Source: Candidatus Babeliales bacterium (GTDB lineage: Bacteria; Babelota; Babeliae; Babelales; JACPOV01). From it: a stretch of 64,000 nucleotides of DNA. How positions within the stretch are numbered: the first letter of the stretch is position 1; each line of letters opens with the position of its first letter. The translations under genes and the position numbers were made by a program. The notes beneath the pieces were generated by a model, which was not told the origin of the DNA, did no database searches, and worked only from the letters and a program-made list of their open reading frames with translations. Positions 49,266-58,105 of the stretch are shown here, one piece after another. Location of the stretch: positions 412,266 to 476,265 of the forward strand of contig JBFWNW010000001.1 in the NCBI GenBank assembly GCA_050250855.1, in the 5' to 3' direction.

Positions 49266-50198
49266 ATGAAAAATACACTCAAACTACTTTTTGCAACATT
49301 AGTTATTTCTGTACACGCTATGGAAATCAAAAAAGCTAAAATAGAAATAGAAAAAAGTCAGCATCAAGAGCTTTTTAATTTTATTAAGGAAACCGATATG
49401 CATGGTGTAAAAGAATATTTAGAAAAAAATTATTTTGATGAAGAAACTCTAGAAAAAGCTCGTTGTCTAGCTGCTAATAAATGGAGTAGTAAAAATGAGC
49501 TGGTGCGAGAAGCTTCACAAAGAATCGTGAGTAATCTTGATGCTAAGATTAGGGAACTTTATCCTAATCGACCGCATGAAAAATTGTATGAAGCTATTCA
49601 ATACGTAGACATAAAATCTGTAGAAAAATACTTAGAAAATAATACTCTTGATTCGGTAACTCTTGCTATAGCCAAAAACCGCGCTACAGCAAAATTGTGG
49701 CATGGATTTAATGGTAGTTTTGATAAAAGGCCTCTTGACATTATTGATTTGATTGATAAAAAAGATTGCAATGAAAGGCAGCATCAAGAGCTTTTTAATT
49801 TTATTAAGGAAACCGATATGCATGGTGTAAAAGAATATTTAGAAAAAAATCATTTTGATGAAGAAGCTCTAGAATTTGCTCGTTATCTAGCTGCTGATCA
49901 ATGGAGTAGTAAAAATGAGTTCGTGCGAGAAGCTTCACAAAGAATCGTGAGTAATCTTGATGCTAAGATTAGGGAACTTTATCCCAACCGACCGCATGAG
50001 AAATTGTATGAAGCTATTCAATACGTAAACATAGAATCTGTAGAAAAATACTTAAAAAATAATACTCTTGATTCGGTAACTCTTGCTATAGCCAAAAACC
50101 GCGCTACAGCAAAATTGTGGCATGGATTTAATGGTAGTTTTGATAAAAGGCCTCTTGACATTATTGATTTGATTGATAAAAAACAAGAAAAGGAATAA
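49266..50198 (+). CDS. secreted protein with an internal 140-aa tandem duplication
   Basis: Signal ..VHA-MEI; four Hx-x-L(F/Y)xxI...V(K/E)xYL modules. Confidence 0.7.
   Translation: MKNTLKLLFATLVISVHAMEIKKAKIEIEKSQHQELFNFIKETDMHGVKEYLEKNYFDEETLEKARCLAANKWSSKNELVREASQRIVSNLDAKIRELYPNRPHEKLYEAIQYVDIKSVEKYLENNTLDSVTLAIAKNRATAKLWHGFNGSFDKRPLDIIDLIDKKDCNERQHQELFNFIKETDMHGVKEYLEKNHFDEEALEFARYLAADQWSSKNEFVREASQRIVSNLDAKIRELYPNRPHEKLYEAIQYVNIESVEKYLKNNTLDSVTLAIAKNRATAKLWHGFNGSFDKRPLDIIDLIDKKQEKE
49359..50182 (+). repeat. 420-bp near-perfect tandem duplication
   Basis: CAGCATCAAGAGCTTTTTAATTTTATTAAGG begins at both 49359 and 49779. Confidence 0.9.
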
Positions 50199-50201
50199 GT
50201 T

Positions 50202-50729
50202 ATGCATAGCAAAAAAATAGCTGCCGCTCTGTGCTTTCTGTGTTGTGCAACCTATGCAATGGAACAAAATTTAAATCGGCACAAAGAGCTTTTTGCTGCA
50301 ATTTTAGAATCTGATACTAAAAAAGCGCAAAGTTTTCTCTTGAATAATGATTATGCAATTGGTAGTGATACGTTACAAGATGCAGGACTCTTGGCAGGTC
50401 AAATTTTAGAAAATAAGAGAAATGCCGATAAAAATTGGTTGACCTGGGATCGAGGTTATGATCTTTTAAATGCTGTAGGCTATGGTATTTTGCTCGGAAC
50501 AAATCTGTACCTTACTCACGATGGCTCTGCATGGATTCAAACACCTGCTATTTTGATTCCTCTGGCAGGATGTGTTTTTAATTTTGTTAAATGTTTCCCG
50601 ACAGGAACATCACCGGAAGTACACAAGGCTCAGCTTGTTAAAGACACCATTTTTGCTCGTTCACTTGGCAACTTGGCAGCATCAGTAACTGGCTATCAAA
50701 ATGCTGTGCCAATCGCTCTAGAGGAGTAG
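50202..50729 (+). CDS. secreted/membrane hypothetical protein with the same helical module
   Basis: Signal ..TYA-MEQ; HKELFAAILESD. Confidence 0.6.
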   Translation: MHSKKIAAALCFLCCATYAMEQNLNRHKELFAAILESDTKKAQSFLLNNDYAIGSDTLQDAGLLAGQILENKRNADKNWLTWDRGYDLLNAVGYGILLGTNLYLTHDGSAWIQTPAILIPLAGCVFNFVKCFPTGTSPEVHKAQLVKDTIFARSLGNLAASVTGYQNAVPIALEE

Positions 50730-50749
50730 AAAATAAAAAAGGATGAGTA

Positions 50750-51235
50750 ATGATTATTCTAGGGATAGATCCAGGCTTTTCATTTACCGGTTTTAGCGTT
50801 ATCAAGCAAGAAGAACGCAAAACCTACCTGATGGATTATGGTTATCTTTCTTTACCACAACAAAAACATCTTTCACAACGCGTGGGTATTTTTTATAGTT
50901 TTTTTCAGGAAAAAATTATACGACACAAAATAACAGACCTAGCATTAGAGACGCCATTTTTAGGAAAAAATGCCCAAAACTTTTTGAAGCTTGGGTATTT
51001 GCGCGGCATTTTATATTTACTTGCAGACCAACATGGACTTATCTTGCATGAATTTTCTCCACGCGAAGTCAAGCAAGCCGTGACGGGATTTGGTGGCGCA
51101 CAGAAAGATCAAGTTGCACGAGTTATCGGCCAGCTTTTTCCACAGTTAAAAACACCGGTAAAGGCTGATGTAACCGATGCTTTGGCCGTTACGCTGTGTG
51201 GATTGTGGCGCATGAAGCGTTCTTCTTTTTTCTAA
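50750..51235 (+). CDS. ruvC: Holliday junction resolvase
   Basis: IILGIDPG, ALE..F, VKQAVTG.G.AQKDQV, DVTDALAV. Confidence 0.93.
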   Translation: MIILGIDPGFSFTGFSVIKQEERKTYLMDYGYLSLPQQKHLSQRVGIFYSFFQEKIIRHKITDLALETPFLGKNAQNFLKLGYLRGILYLLADQHGLILHEFSPREVKQAVTGFGGAQKDQVARVIGQLFPQLKTPVKADVTDALAVTLCGLWRMKRSSFF

Positions 51236-51320
51236 TATACTTGCCTTCATGGGTTCCAATAGTGTAGAGTGCAAATGTGTAGAAAAACCCGGTAAGGTTT
51301 TTAATCAAAAAGGAGAGCGC

Positions 51321-51803
51321 ATGAGATACAGCAATACAACCGCTCATCGCAAGACTCCGGCTCTTGTTAAGGCAAACTTGCTTGCTTTGTCACGTATTAT
51401 TCCGCATACTTTCACAGAACAAGATATTATAGCATTGCACGATGACTTTCTTACTCATGGCTTTCATTATCTTAAAGTGCCAGATGTACGTACGGGAAGG
51501 CGTATGATGGAAACGTTTTTATATTCACTCAAAAATTACTACCTTGATGTTGCTTGCTTGAGTATGGAAGAGCTTCCTCTGCCGGCAGCTGTTGCTGATA
51601 TATATGAAACACTGGAGTGGTATGGATATATTCGTCATGCATGTCTTGAGAGCTTTTTCCTTGAGCAATGGTACTTTGATTTTATATGGATTGAGGCAAC
51701 AGAAAATCTTTTACGCTCACCATGGTTTTGTAATTTTTCACAGTTGCTTGAAGAGTTTTTGATTAATGATGAAATACCAATATTTATCATATCTTATTAT
51801 TAG
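51321..51803 (+). CDS. hypothetical protein
   Basis: RBS AGGAGAG before the ATG at 51321. Confidence 0.6.
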   Translation: MRYSNTTAHRKTPALVKANLLALSRIIPHTFTEQDIIALHDDFLTHGFHYLKVPDVRTGRRMMETFLYSLKNYYLDVACLSMEELPLPAAVADIYETLEWYGYIRHACLESFFLEQWYFDFIWIEATENLLRSPWFCNFSQLLEEFLINDEIPIFIISYY

Positions 51804-51811
51804 GAAATAGA

Positions 51812-51979
51812 ATGGAAGAAAAAAATAAACAATGCGCAAGCTGCTGCGATCGCTGCAAATCTAAAAAAAGTTCTTGCAAACAATGCCCCACAACGCAAAG
51901 CTGTTGCAAATCATGCAAAGACTGTTGTTATGATTGCAAAAAGCAATGCATAAAAACCTGTGCAGGTAAATCATGTTAA
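51812..51979 (+). CDS. metallothionein-like Cys-rich peptide (55 aa, 15 Cys)
   Basis: MEEKNKQCASCCDRCKSKKSSCKQCPTTQSCCKSCKDCCYDCKKQCIKTCAGKSC; RBS AGGA; fills the gap between two genes. Confidence 0.75.
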   Translation: MEEKNKQCASCCDRCKSKKSSCKQCPTTQSCCKSCKDCCYDCKKQCIKTCAGKSC

Positions 51980-51989
51980 AGGTTCTACG

Positions 51990-52373
51990 ATGATAATATC
52001 AATTTTTTTAGTATCATTGATTGGCTTTGCACTTTCCTATTATGCCTACAACCTTGAGCAAAAAATAGAAAAAAATCCTTTTTATAAACCAGTATGCGAT
52101 ATTTCTGATCGCTTTTCCTGCTCAAAGCCTATTTTGAGCCAGTATGGAAAGCTCTTTGGTTTTTCTAATGCACTTGCTGGCATGGTCTATTATGCAACCA
52201 CCGCGATTTTAGCGCTTATGGGGCAGGCAACCATTCTCTTTTATTGCGCACTAGCTGCATTGCTAGCATCATGTGTATTGGCATACATTTTATATGCTCG
52301 TATAAAAACAGTTTGTTTGATATGCACGGCAATTTATATGGTTAATATCATACTCTTTTTGCTTACTTATTAA
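51990..52373 (+). CDS. vitamin K epoxide reductase (VKOR) family protein
   Basis: CDISDRFSCSKPILSQYG, FSNALAG, CLIC redox motif. Confidence 0.88.
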   Translation: MIISIFLVSLIGFALSYYAYNLEQKIEKNPFYKPVCDISDRFSCSKPILSQYGKLFGFSNALAGMVYYATTAILALMGQATILFYCALAALLASCVLAYILYARIKTVCLICTAIYMVNIILFLLTY

Positions 52374-53218
52374 TATACAAAAACATTCTTCAGGTCGGGG
52401 TTTAGAAAAAGTACTGCCAGTACTACATTGCTTACCGAGTGAATAAAAATATCACAACGAGAAAGAAGATAGGTGTCAACAATAACCTCTTGACCAAGTA
52501 TTGCATCATGAGACCCCTGATGAAGCTCTGGTATTTTATAATGAAGAGGTAAGCTATTAGCAGAGCGCTGAGCATTGCAATAAACAACCGTGCGATTGCA
52601 GGTTTTTAAAAACTCATCAACTATTTTTTGTTCATCGGTAGCAAGAAACACCTGATAGGAAGCATCAAACTTTTCAATTTCTTCCACAAATCGCGCTACA
52701 GAAATGGCGCGAGCTTCTTTGCTTTTATCAGTTCCTCGAATATGAACGCCAATAGTAGGTTTTCCCGCAATATGTTTATAATAAAAATCATCTACAGCTT
52801 TTTGCAGAGGTTCTTTTAAAGATATATAACGCTGTATAAGGTAGTTAAACTGTTTTCTTAAGACAGGTGAAAATGCATGGTGAAGTTTTTCTGGGTTTCC
52901 AGAAATTTGAAATCCATTAGGAGCAAAATATTCGCTGTGTATTGGATCACCTGGCTGATAAGTTTGATTAGAAAGTGGCTTGAAATAATACTCCCAAACA
53001 TTGAAAGCTCCATTAAAGCCTTCTTTCTGAAAATAGCAATCATTCTCACCCCAATAGGCAACAGGAGCTTTGTTATGCTTAATGCACCATACTAAATTAT
53101 TTAAAACACCAATAAAATTAGAAAAGAGCCCAACAGAGCGACCGCCAATAACATGTTTTTCTTGAGCACATACAAAGCTTAGTTGAATAAGGAAAAAATA
53201 TACTATTGTTTTTTTCAT
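52370..53218 (-). CDS. NodZ/GT23-like fucosyltransferase, exported
   Basis: GLFSN, GVHIRGTDK, FLATD, D.YLLSRCD...SNV. Confidence 0.75.
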   Translation of the reverse strand: MKKTIVYFFLIQLSFVCAQEKHVIGGRSVGLFSNFIGVLNNLVWCIKHNKAPVAYWGENDCYFQKEGFNGAFNVWEYYFKPLSNQTYQPGDPIHSEYFAPNGFQISGNPEKLHHAFSPVLRKQFNYLIQRYISLKEPLQKAVDDFYYKHIAGKPTIGVHIRGTDKSKEARAISVARFVEEIEKFDASYQVFLATDEQKIVDEFLKTCNRTVVYCNAQRSANSLPLHYKIPELHQGSHDAILGQEVIVDTYLLSRCDIFIHSVSNVVLAVLFLNPDLKNVFVY

Positions 53219-53645
53219 AGGTATAATCCTTTTTCAAGAATCATACCATAATGAAGCGCGGCTTAAAAGCAGTTGTTTCGCGCGGAGTTCTTCGAAGCCT
53301 TTCTGGCAAAGTAGAATAAAAATAGTCACAAAAGCTTGTTTTTTTAATTTAACAATTTGTCATTTATAGAATTATAAAACTACAAAAACCTGGTTTTATA
53401 AAAAATAGGCCAACGAGGATCGGCCCTATTGAAAGATTTTGGGTTGCCCAATGTTTTTACATTGTAAAGATACCGGGGCTTTTTTTGCCCAATTTTTGTT
53501 GGATATTTATTTTTACTAAAATTGTTTTTTTAGTTGACATCGATTACTATAATTTTCTATGCTAAGGGTGCTCTTAGAAATGGAGAGATTCCTTACCAAA
53601 AATCCAAAATTAATCGTTCGATCAAAAAAAGAGAAAATAAGGTAT

Positions 53646-53673
53646 TTGCCCGATAATATATATTATGTTAAAA
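53646..53673 (+). other. dif site (XerC/XerD recombination site)
   Basis: TTGCCCGATAA-TATATA-TTATGTTAAAA; the XerD arm matches 10 of 11 bases of E. coli dif (GGTGCGCATAA TGTATA TTATGTTAAAT). Confidence 0.85.
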
Positions 53674-53770
53674 AACAAACCACCGCATTGAAAAAATCAA
53701 TGCGGTGGAAAAAAGGAGAGTAGTAATGAAGCCTAGTTTAAAATGTGCCGGTCTTGCGACCCTCACATTA
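53670..53770 (-). ncRNA. candidate small RNA
   Basis: GCAA-tetraloop hairpin, CU-rich linker, 12-bp terminator stem with T-tail, upstream promoters. Confidence 0.5.
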
Positions 53771-53858
53771 GTAGTGTGACAAAAATTGCTAAAAAGTCAA
53801 CTTTTTAATATTTAAAATCAATCGGCATTTCAATGATTTTTATCACTTACTCTCAGAT

Positions 53859-53887
53859 AGTATAAGAGCATTTTTATAGACTGTCAA
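53859..53887 (-). promoter_or_regulatory. sigma70 promoter
   Basis: TTGACA-N17-TATACT on the minus strand. Confidence 0.7.
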
Positions 53888-53941
53888 CATATAAAAATAA
53901 AAAAATATTTAATATAAGCTTATTGTTACAAATAGAAAAGA

Positions 53942-55024
53942 TTAGAGGTTGATTCTTTGCGCACCCTGTTCAAGAAGCAGGGCCTCAAAAAAGCCTGTTT
54001 TTATAGGGGATGTGAACACCAACTGAGCTGAAAGGTGCCGGAGGTATTTAATGAGAATAGGGATAACTTGTTGGTCAAAGTCACTCATAAAGTCATCAAG
54101 TAAGAATACCGCCTTGCCCTTTTTTTGTTCAACAAGCTTTAAAAGGGCTGCTTTTAATAAAAGAATGGCCAATTTTTGCTGACCTCGAGAAGCATAGGCC
54201 TTTGACCTTTTGCCCTTAAAAACTATAAGAAAATCATCAAGATGAATACCAAAAAGTGACCGCCCCATAGCCCGCTCTTGGGCATGCAGCTCGGGGTTGG
54301 CTTGCTTGAAAGCCTCATAGCTTTCCTCAAGCTTTTTCTTGGGTCTATAAGAGCAGGTAATGGTAATAGATTCATCGAAGAAACCTTCAAGAGCTTCATT
54401 AACCAGTTCTTCTAGCGTTGTAAGAAGTAACACCCTTTTTTCTTGAAGTTCTTTACTCTGTTGCCACAACTTTTCAGTCCAAATATCATAAGACTGCATA
54501 TCGCTAGCAGCTGACTGCAATAAGGCGTTTCGCTGCAAAACAATCTGCTTATGCATTCTCAATGCTGGCAGAATATCTGGTTCATTAAGAATAAGTCCCT
54601 GATCTAAAAATGACCGCCGCGTTTCAGGATTTCCTTTAATGAGCAGTAAATCATCTTCAGTCAACGTTACAATACGATAAAACTGATTAAGCTCTTTGTA
54701 TGAACTAATTGCTTTTTTATCAACTTTTACCAAGCGCTTTGCCCCTGAAAAACCAATTTGGATTTCATGGTCAAAGTCATTGCCCTCATCATGGCACATA
54801 AGTTTTATGAAAAAACTATCTTTTTCAAAGAACAAAAGCTCTTTTGGTGTATGCGTTCTGAATGAGCGCAAATAGCACGCATAATGAAGCGCCTCTAAAA
54901 TTGAGGTTTTTCCAGAGCCATTCGGACCACTAATAAGAATCAATGGCGCATCAAGATCAATCTCTTGATCGGTAAAGCAACGAAAGTTTTTAAGCTGTAA
55001 GGAACGAATCTGCACAGATCTCAA
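53942..55024 (-). CDS. recF: DNA replication/repair protein RecF
   Basis: LKNFR, GPNGSGKT, RSFR, RRSFLD, ASRGQQK, LLDD. Confidence 0.92.
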   Translation of the reverse strand: MRSVQIRSLQLKNFRCFTDQEIDLDAPLILISGPNGSGKTSILEALHYACYLRSFRTHTPKELLFFEKDSFFIKLMCHDEGNDFDHEIQIGFSGAKRLVKVDKKAISSYKELNQFYRIVTLTEDDLLLIKGNPETRRSFLDQGLILNEPDILPALRMHKQIVLQRNALLQSAASDMQSYDIWTEKLWQQSKELQEKRVLLLTTLEELVNEALEGFFDESITITCSYRPKKKLEESYEAFKQANPELHAQERAMGRSLFGIHLDDFLIVFKGKRSKAYASRGQQKLAILLLKAALLKLVEQKKGKAVFLLDDFMSDFDQQVIPILIKYLRHLSAQLVFTSPIKTGFFEALLLEQGAQRINL

Positions 55025-55028
55025 ATAG

Positions 55029-56150
55029 TTAGTTTGTAGTTGGAGAAACTGGCATTACTAAATAGGTAATTTGAAAATCTTCCTTATCTGCCTGGAAAAT
55101 AATTGGCTTTGTTGGATTTTTTAAATAGCACGTAATATCTTTTTCAGAAAATGCTTGCAAGCCATTCAAAAGATACGGTGCATAAAAACGAATCGCCATT
55201 TCTTGCCCTTTAAATTCTTGTAATGGAACTTGCTCATTTAAATTACCAACTTCCTTGTTTTCCATAGAAACATTAAGCATTTCTTTGTCAAAGCTAAATT
55301 TTGTTGCTAAAAATTGCCCTGACAATAAACAGGAAGAACGGCGCAATGTTTTAATAAAGTGAGACCTATCAAGTATTGCAGGAACAAAATCATCTTTTTG
55401 CAAGATTGGTCGGTATTGGGGAAACTGATCAGCCAAAAGCTTGGTAAAGAAATTAAATGACTCACCAGAGAAAACAAGTTGGTTGCCGCAAACACCTAGA
55501 AATATCGTTTGCTGTTCAGAGCTATCTATGATCTTTTTTATTTCAAAAATAGCGCGTCGTGGTAAAAGCCAGCGCTTATCTTCTTCGAGCGTATATTTTT
55601 TGGTTTTAATTTGGGCAAGGCAATGGCCATCTGTAGTTGTCATCGTCAAACCATCAGCATTAAGCTCAAGAAAAAGACCATTAAGTGATGGATTTGCATT
55701 ATTTTGAGGAATTAAAAAAGCAACTTTATCAAGCAGCTGCGCAAAAAAAGATGCTTCAAGATGCATAAGATTTTCAATACGTTCTGGGAAAGGAGGAAAT
55801 GCTTCAGGATTTTTAATATTTAATCCCAAATTCACCGAGCCAGCTTGCAAAAGAAGTTGTTGATTTTCAAGCGTACATTCAATAGCGCCCTCTAACTCTT
55901 TGACTATATCAAATAAACGTTTACCAGGAACTAAGAATGATTCTGTTTGCGCAAAAGAACTATCTTCTATGCTGCATGTTGCTTGTAGACTTATTTCCAA
56001 ATCAGTACTTTTAAGTACTAACTCTTTATGGCCAACGTGAAATAAAATAGATGATGTTGCATCAATTGTTGTGCGCTTTGAACAAATTGGTTGCATCGAT
56101 GAAAGAATTGAAAAAAAAGTTTTTTGATCAACAATAAATCGACCAGCCAT
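55029..56150 (-). CDS. dnaN: DNA polymerase III beta clamp
   Basis: STDLE, TDGH.L, FPQY, YLVMP. Confidence 0.93.
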   Translation of the reverse strand: MAGRFIVDQKTFFSILSSMQPICSKRTTIDATSSILFHVGHKELVLKSTDLEISLQATCSIEDSSFAQTESFLVPGKRLFDIVKELEGAIECTLENQQLLLQAGSVNLGLNIKNPEAFPPFPERIENLMHLEASFFAQLLDKVAFLIPQNNANPSLNGLFLELNADGLTMTTTDGHCLAQIKTKKYTLEEDKRWLLPRRAIFEIKKIIDSSEQQTIFLGVCGNQLVFSGESFNFFTKLLADQFPQYRPILQKDDFVPAILDRSHFIKTLRRSSCLLSGQFLATKFSFDKEMLNVSMENKEVGNLNEQVPLQEFKGQEMAIRFYAPYLLNGLQAFSEKDITCYLKNPTKPIIFQADKEDFQITYLVMPVSPTTN

Positions 56151-56167
56151 AAAAAATCCTTAGGTTT

Positions 56168-56231
56168 GTTCGTATGGTTCGAGACATCCAGGCTTCGTCA
56201 GAAGACTACGCCGGATTCCTCACCACGAACG
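56168..56231. repeat. palindromic REP-like element
   Basis: TGGTTCGAGAC[ATCCAGGCTTCGTCAGAAGACTACGCCGGAT]TCCTCACCACGAACG. Confidence 0.8.
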
Positions 56232-56367
56232 AAATAATAAAAAATTTTTAAATCAAATTCACATTGGTATTAAGTATACTGGTTTGCTTACAACTTGGCA
56301 AAACTTGTTTTCTTGTACGCGCACCCTCTATACTCAATCATAGGGATAGTTTTATTAAGGGGGAATC

Positions 56368-57036
56368 ATGTTAAAAAAATATATTCTTATTATACTTCTG
56401 CCACTTTGTATGCATGCAAAAAGCATGCCGGTCAAAAATAGTAATGCTACGATACGCAAAATATATACCTGTAAAAACAAAGCGTTTTCTATTGGTGCCG
56501 ATGAAATTGCAACCATTGAAGAAAGTGGCGGTAATTCTACGTATGGAGAAATTACTGACAAAGGCGTTCAAATGCTCATTCATGAACTCAATCCTAAAAA
56601 ATCTGATGTGTTCTATGATCTTGGCTCAGGTGGCGGCCGCATGGTTTTAAAAATGTATCTTGATTCTCCCATACATAGAGCTGTTGGTATTGAGCTTTCT
56701 CCAACACGTCATGCTATAGCTCTTAAAGCGCAGGAAAAACTCAAAGAACTTGGCCAAGAAATCTCTGGTAAAATTCTTGAATTTCGTAATGCAGATATAC
56801 AAAAAGCACGCATACAGGATGCAACTATTATTTATGTAGCATCAACATGCTTTTCTGATGAATTTATGCAAAAGCTTACGACTAAACTTGCTGCGCTCAA
56901 AAAAGGACTTAACGTATTAACGCTGCGCCAATTACCAAAACATGAAGCATTTACACTTGTCAAAGAACTACGCGTTCCTATGACCTGGGGGGCGGATGTT
57001 TCTGTGTATTGGTATACATTAACGAACGGAATTTAA
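56368..57036 (+). CDS. secreted DOT1-like SAM-dependent methyltransferase
   Basis: Signal peptide; TYGEI...DVFYDLGSGGG...AVGIE; CFS. Confidence 0.75.
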   Translation: MLKKYILIILLPLCMHAKSMPVKNSNATIRKIYTCKNKAFSIGADEIATIEESGGNSTYGEITDKGVQMLIHELNPKKSDVFYDLGSGGGRMVLKMYLDSPIHRAVGIELSPTRHAIALKAQEKLKELGQEISGKILEFRNADIQKARIQDATIIYVASTCFSDEFMQKLTTKLAALKKGLNVLTLRQLPKHEAFTLVKELRVPMTWGADVSVYWYTLTNGI

Positions 57037-57102
57037 ATAATTCCTAATAATCGATTGGTTCATATTTATGACAAATCCTTAGATCGAATTTACGTTAATC
57101 TA

Positions 57103-58011
57103 CTACGCCCTTGGGTGTTTTTTATCATACACCTTGCGCAGATGATCCGTTTCTACGTGCGTATAAATCTGCACTGTTGCTATGGTTTCATGCCCCAGCA
57201 AAAGTTGTAGTGAACGCAGGTTAGCACCTTTTTTGAGTAAATGTGTTGCCAGTGAATGGCGCAATTTGTGCGGCGAAATATTTTTAATACCAGCTTTTGC
57301 GCATAATGCTTTGAGTATTAACCAGAATGATTGCCGAGAAATTGGCTTTACTTTTTTGCCATACAAAACAGGAAATAAATAATCAATATGGGCTTTTTTT
57401 CTAATTAATGTTTGATGCGTTTTTTCTACATACTGTTGCAATAAAATATGCATAGGTTCTGGTAAAGGAACTATGCGCTCTTTTCCGCCTTTGCCAAAAA
57501 CGGTAATAAAACCCGTATCGGTGTGCAAGTCAGAGAGCTTCAAGCGCGTCAGCTCAGAAACACGCATGCCAGAACTATACATGAGGCACAACATCACCCG
57601 ATTGCGTATACTTTTTTGTGTATCGCCAACCAAAGCCGCTTTAATAAGGGCTTCAACCTCTGCTTCGCTCAAATACGTTGGCAACCGCCTAGGAATTTTA
57701 GGAAAGGCAATATCAACCGTATAGTTTTCCCACCCCAACTGCTCTCCTGCCCAGGCATAAAAGGTCTTGAGGGCAGATAGCTTGCGCGAGCGGCTCCGTG
57801 CCGTTAAAGAAAGAGAGGCTAAATGCTTAAGGTATTCCTTAATAACCCCCTGATTAATGGTCTGAAAAGTAAGGCCTTTTTGCTCAAGAAACGTAACAAA
57901 TTGCGTAAGATCTGTTTTATAGGCAGCATAGGTGTTAGAGGCAACCCGCTTTTCTGCCAATAAGTAAGCTTCAAATCTTGTTAAAATAGTAGACATACTC
58001 ATACACTGCAT
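57103..58011 (-). CDS. xerD: tyrosine recombinase, XerD/XerC type
   Basis: GMRVSE, GKGGKER, SPHKLRHSLATHLL, LLGH, TVQIYTHV, HPRA end. Confidence 0.85.
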   Translation of the reverse strand: MQCMSMSTILTRFEAYLLAEKRVASNTYAAYKTDLTQFVTFLEQKGLTFQTINQGVIKEYLKHLASLSLTARSRSRKLSALKTFYAWAGEQLGWENYTVDIAFPKIPRRLPTYLSEAEVEALIKAALVGDTQKSIRNRVMLCLMYSSGMRVSELTRLKLSDLHTDTGFITVFGKGGKERIVPLPEPMHILLQQYVEKTHQTLIRKKAHIDYLFPVLYGKKVKPISRQSFWLILKALCAKAGIKNISPHKLRHSLATHLLKKGANLRSLQLLLGHETIATVQIYTHVETDHLRKVYDKKHPRA

Positions 58012-58105
58012 CCTTTTTTATAGGTTAGCTAACCTGAATTATACCAGAAAAATAGACCAAATCCACCTATAAAGAGAATCTTTTACCCTGGGATGTAATT
58101 TCTAT

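Noticed and set aside
53219..53941. oriC, suggested by AT-rich DNA next to recF-dnaN
   Set aside because: No DnaA-box cluster (TTATCCACA) or dnaA seen; a dif site and convergent gene orientation point to the terminus instead
57103..58011. Phage or island integrase
   Set aside because: Sequence and length fit chromosomal XerD/XerC (HPRA end); no phage genes nearby
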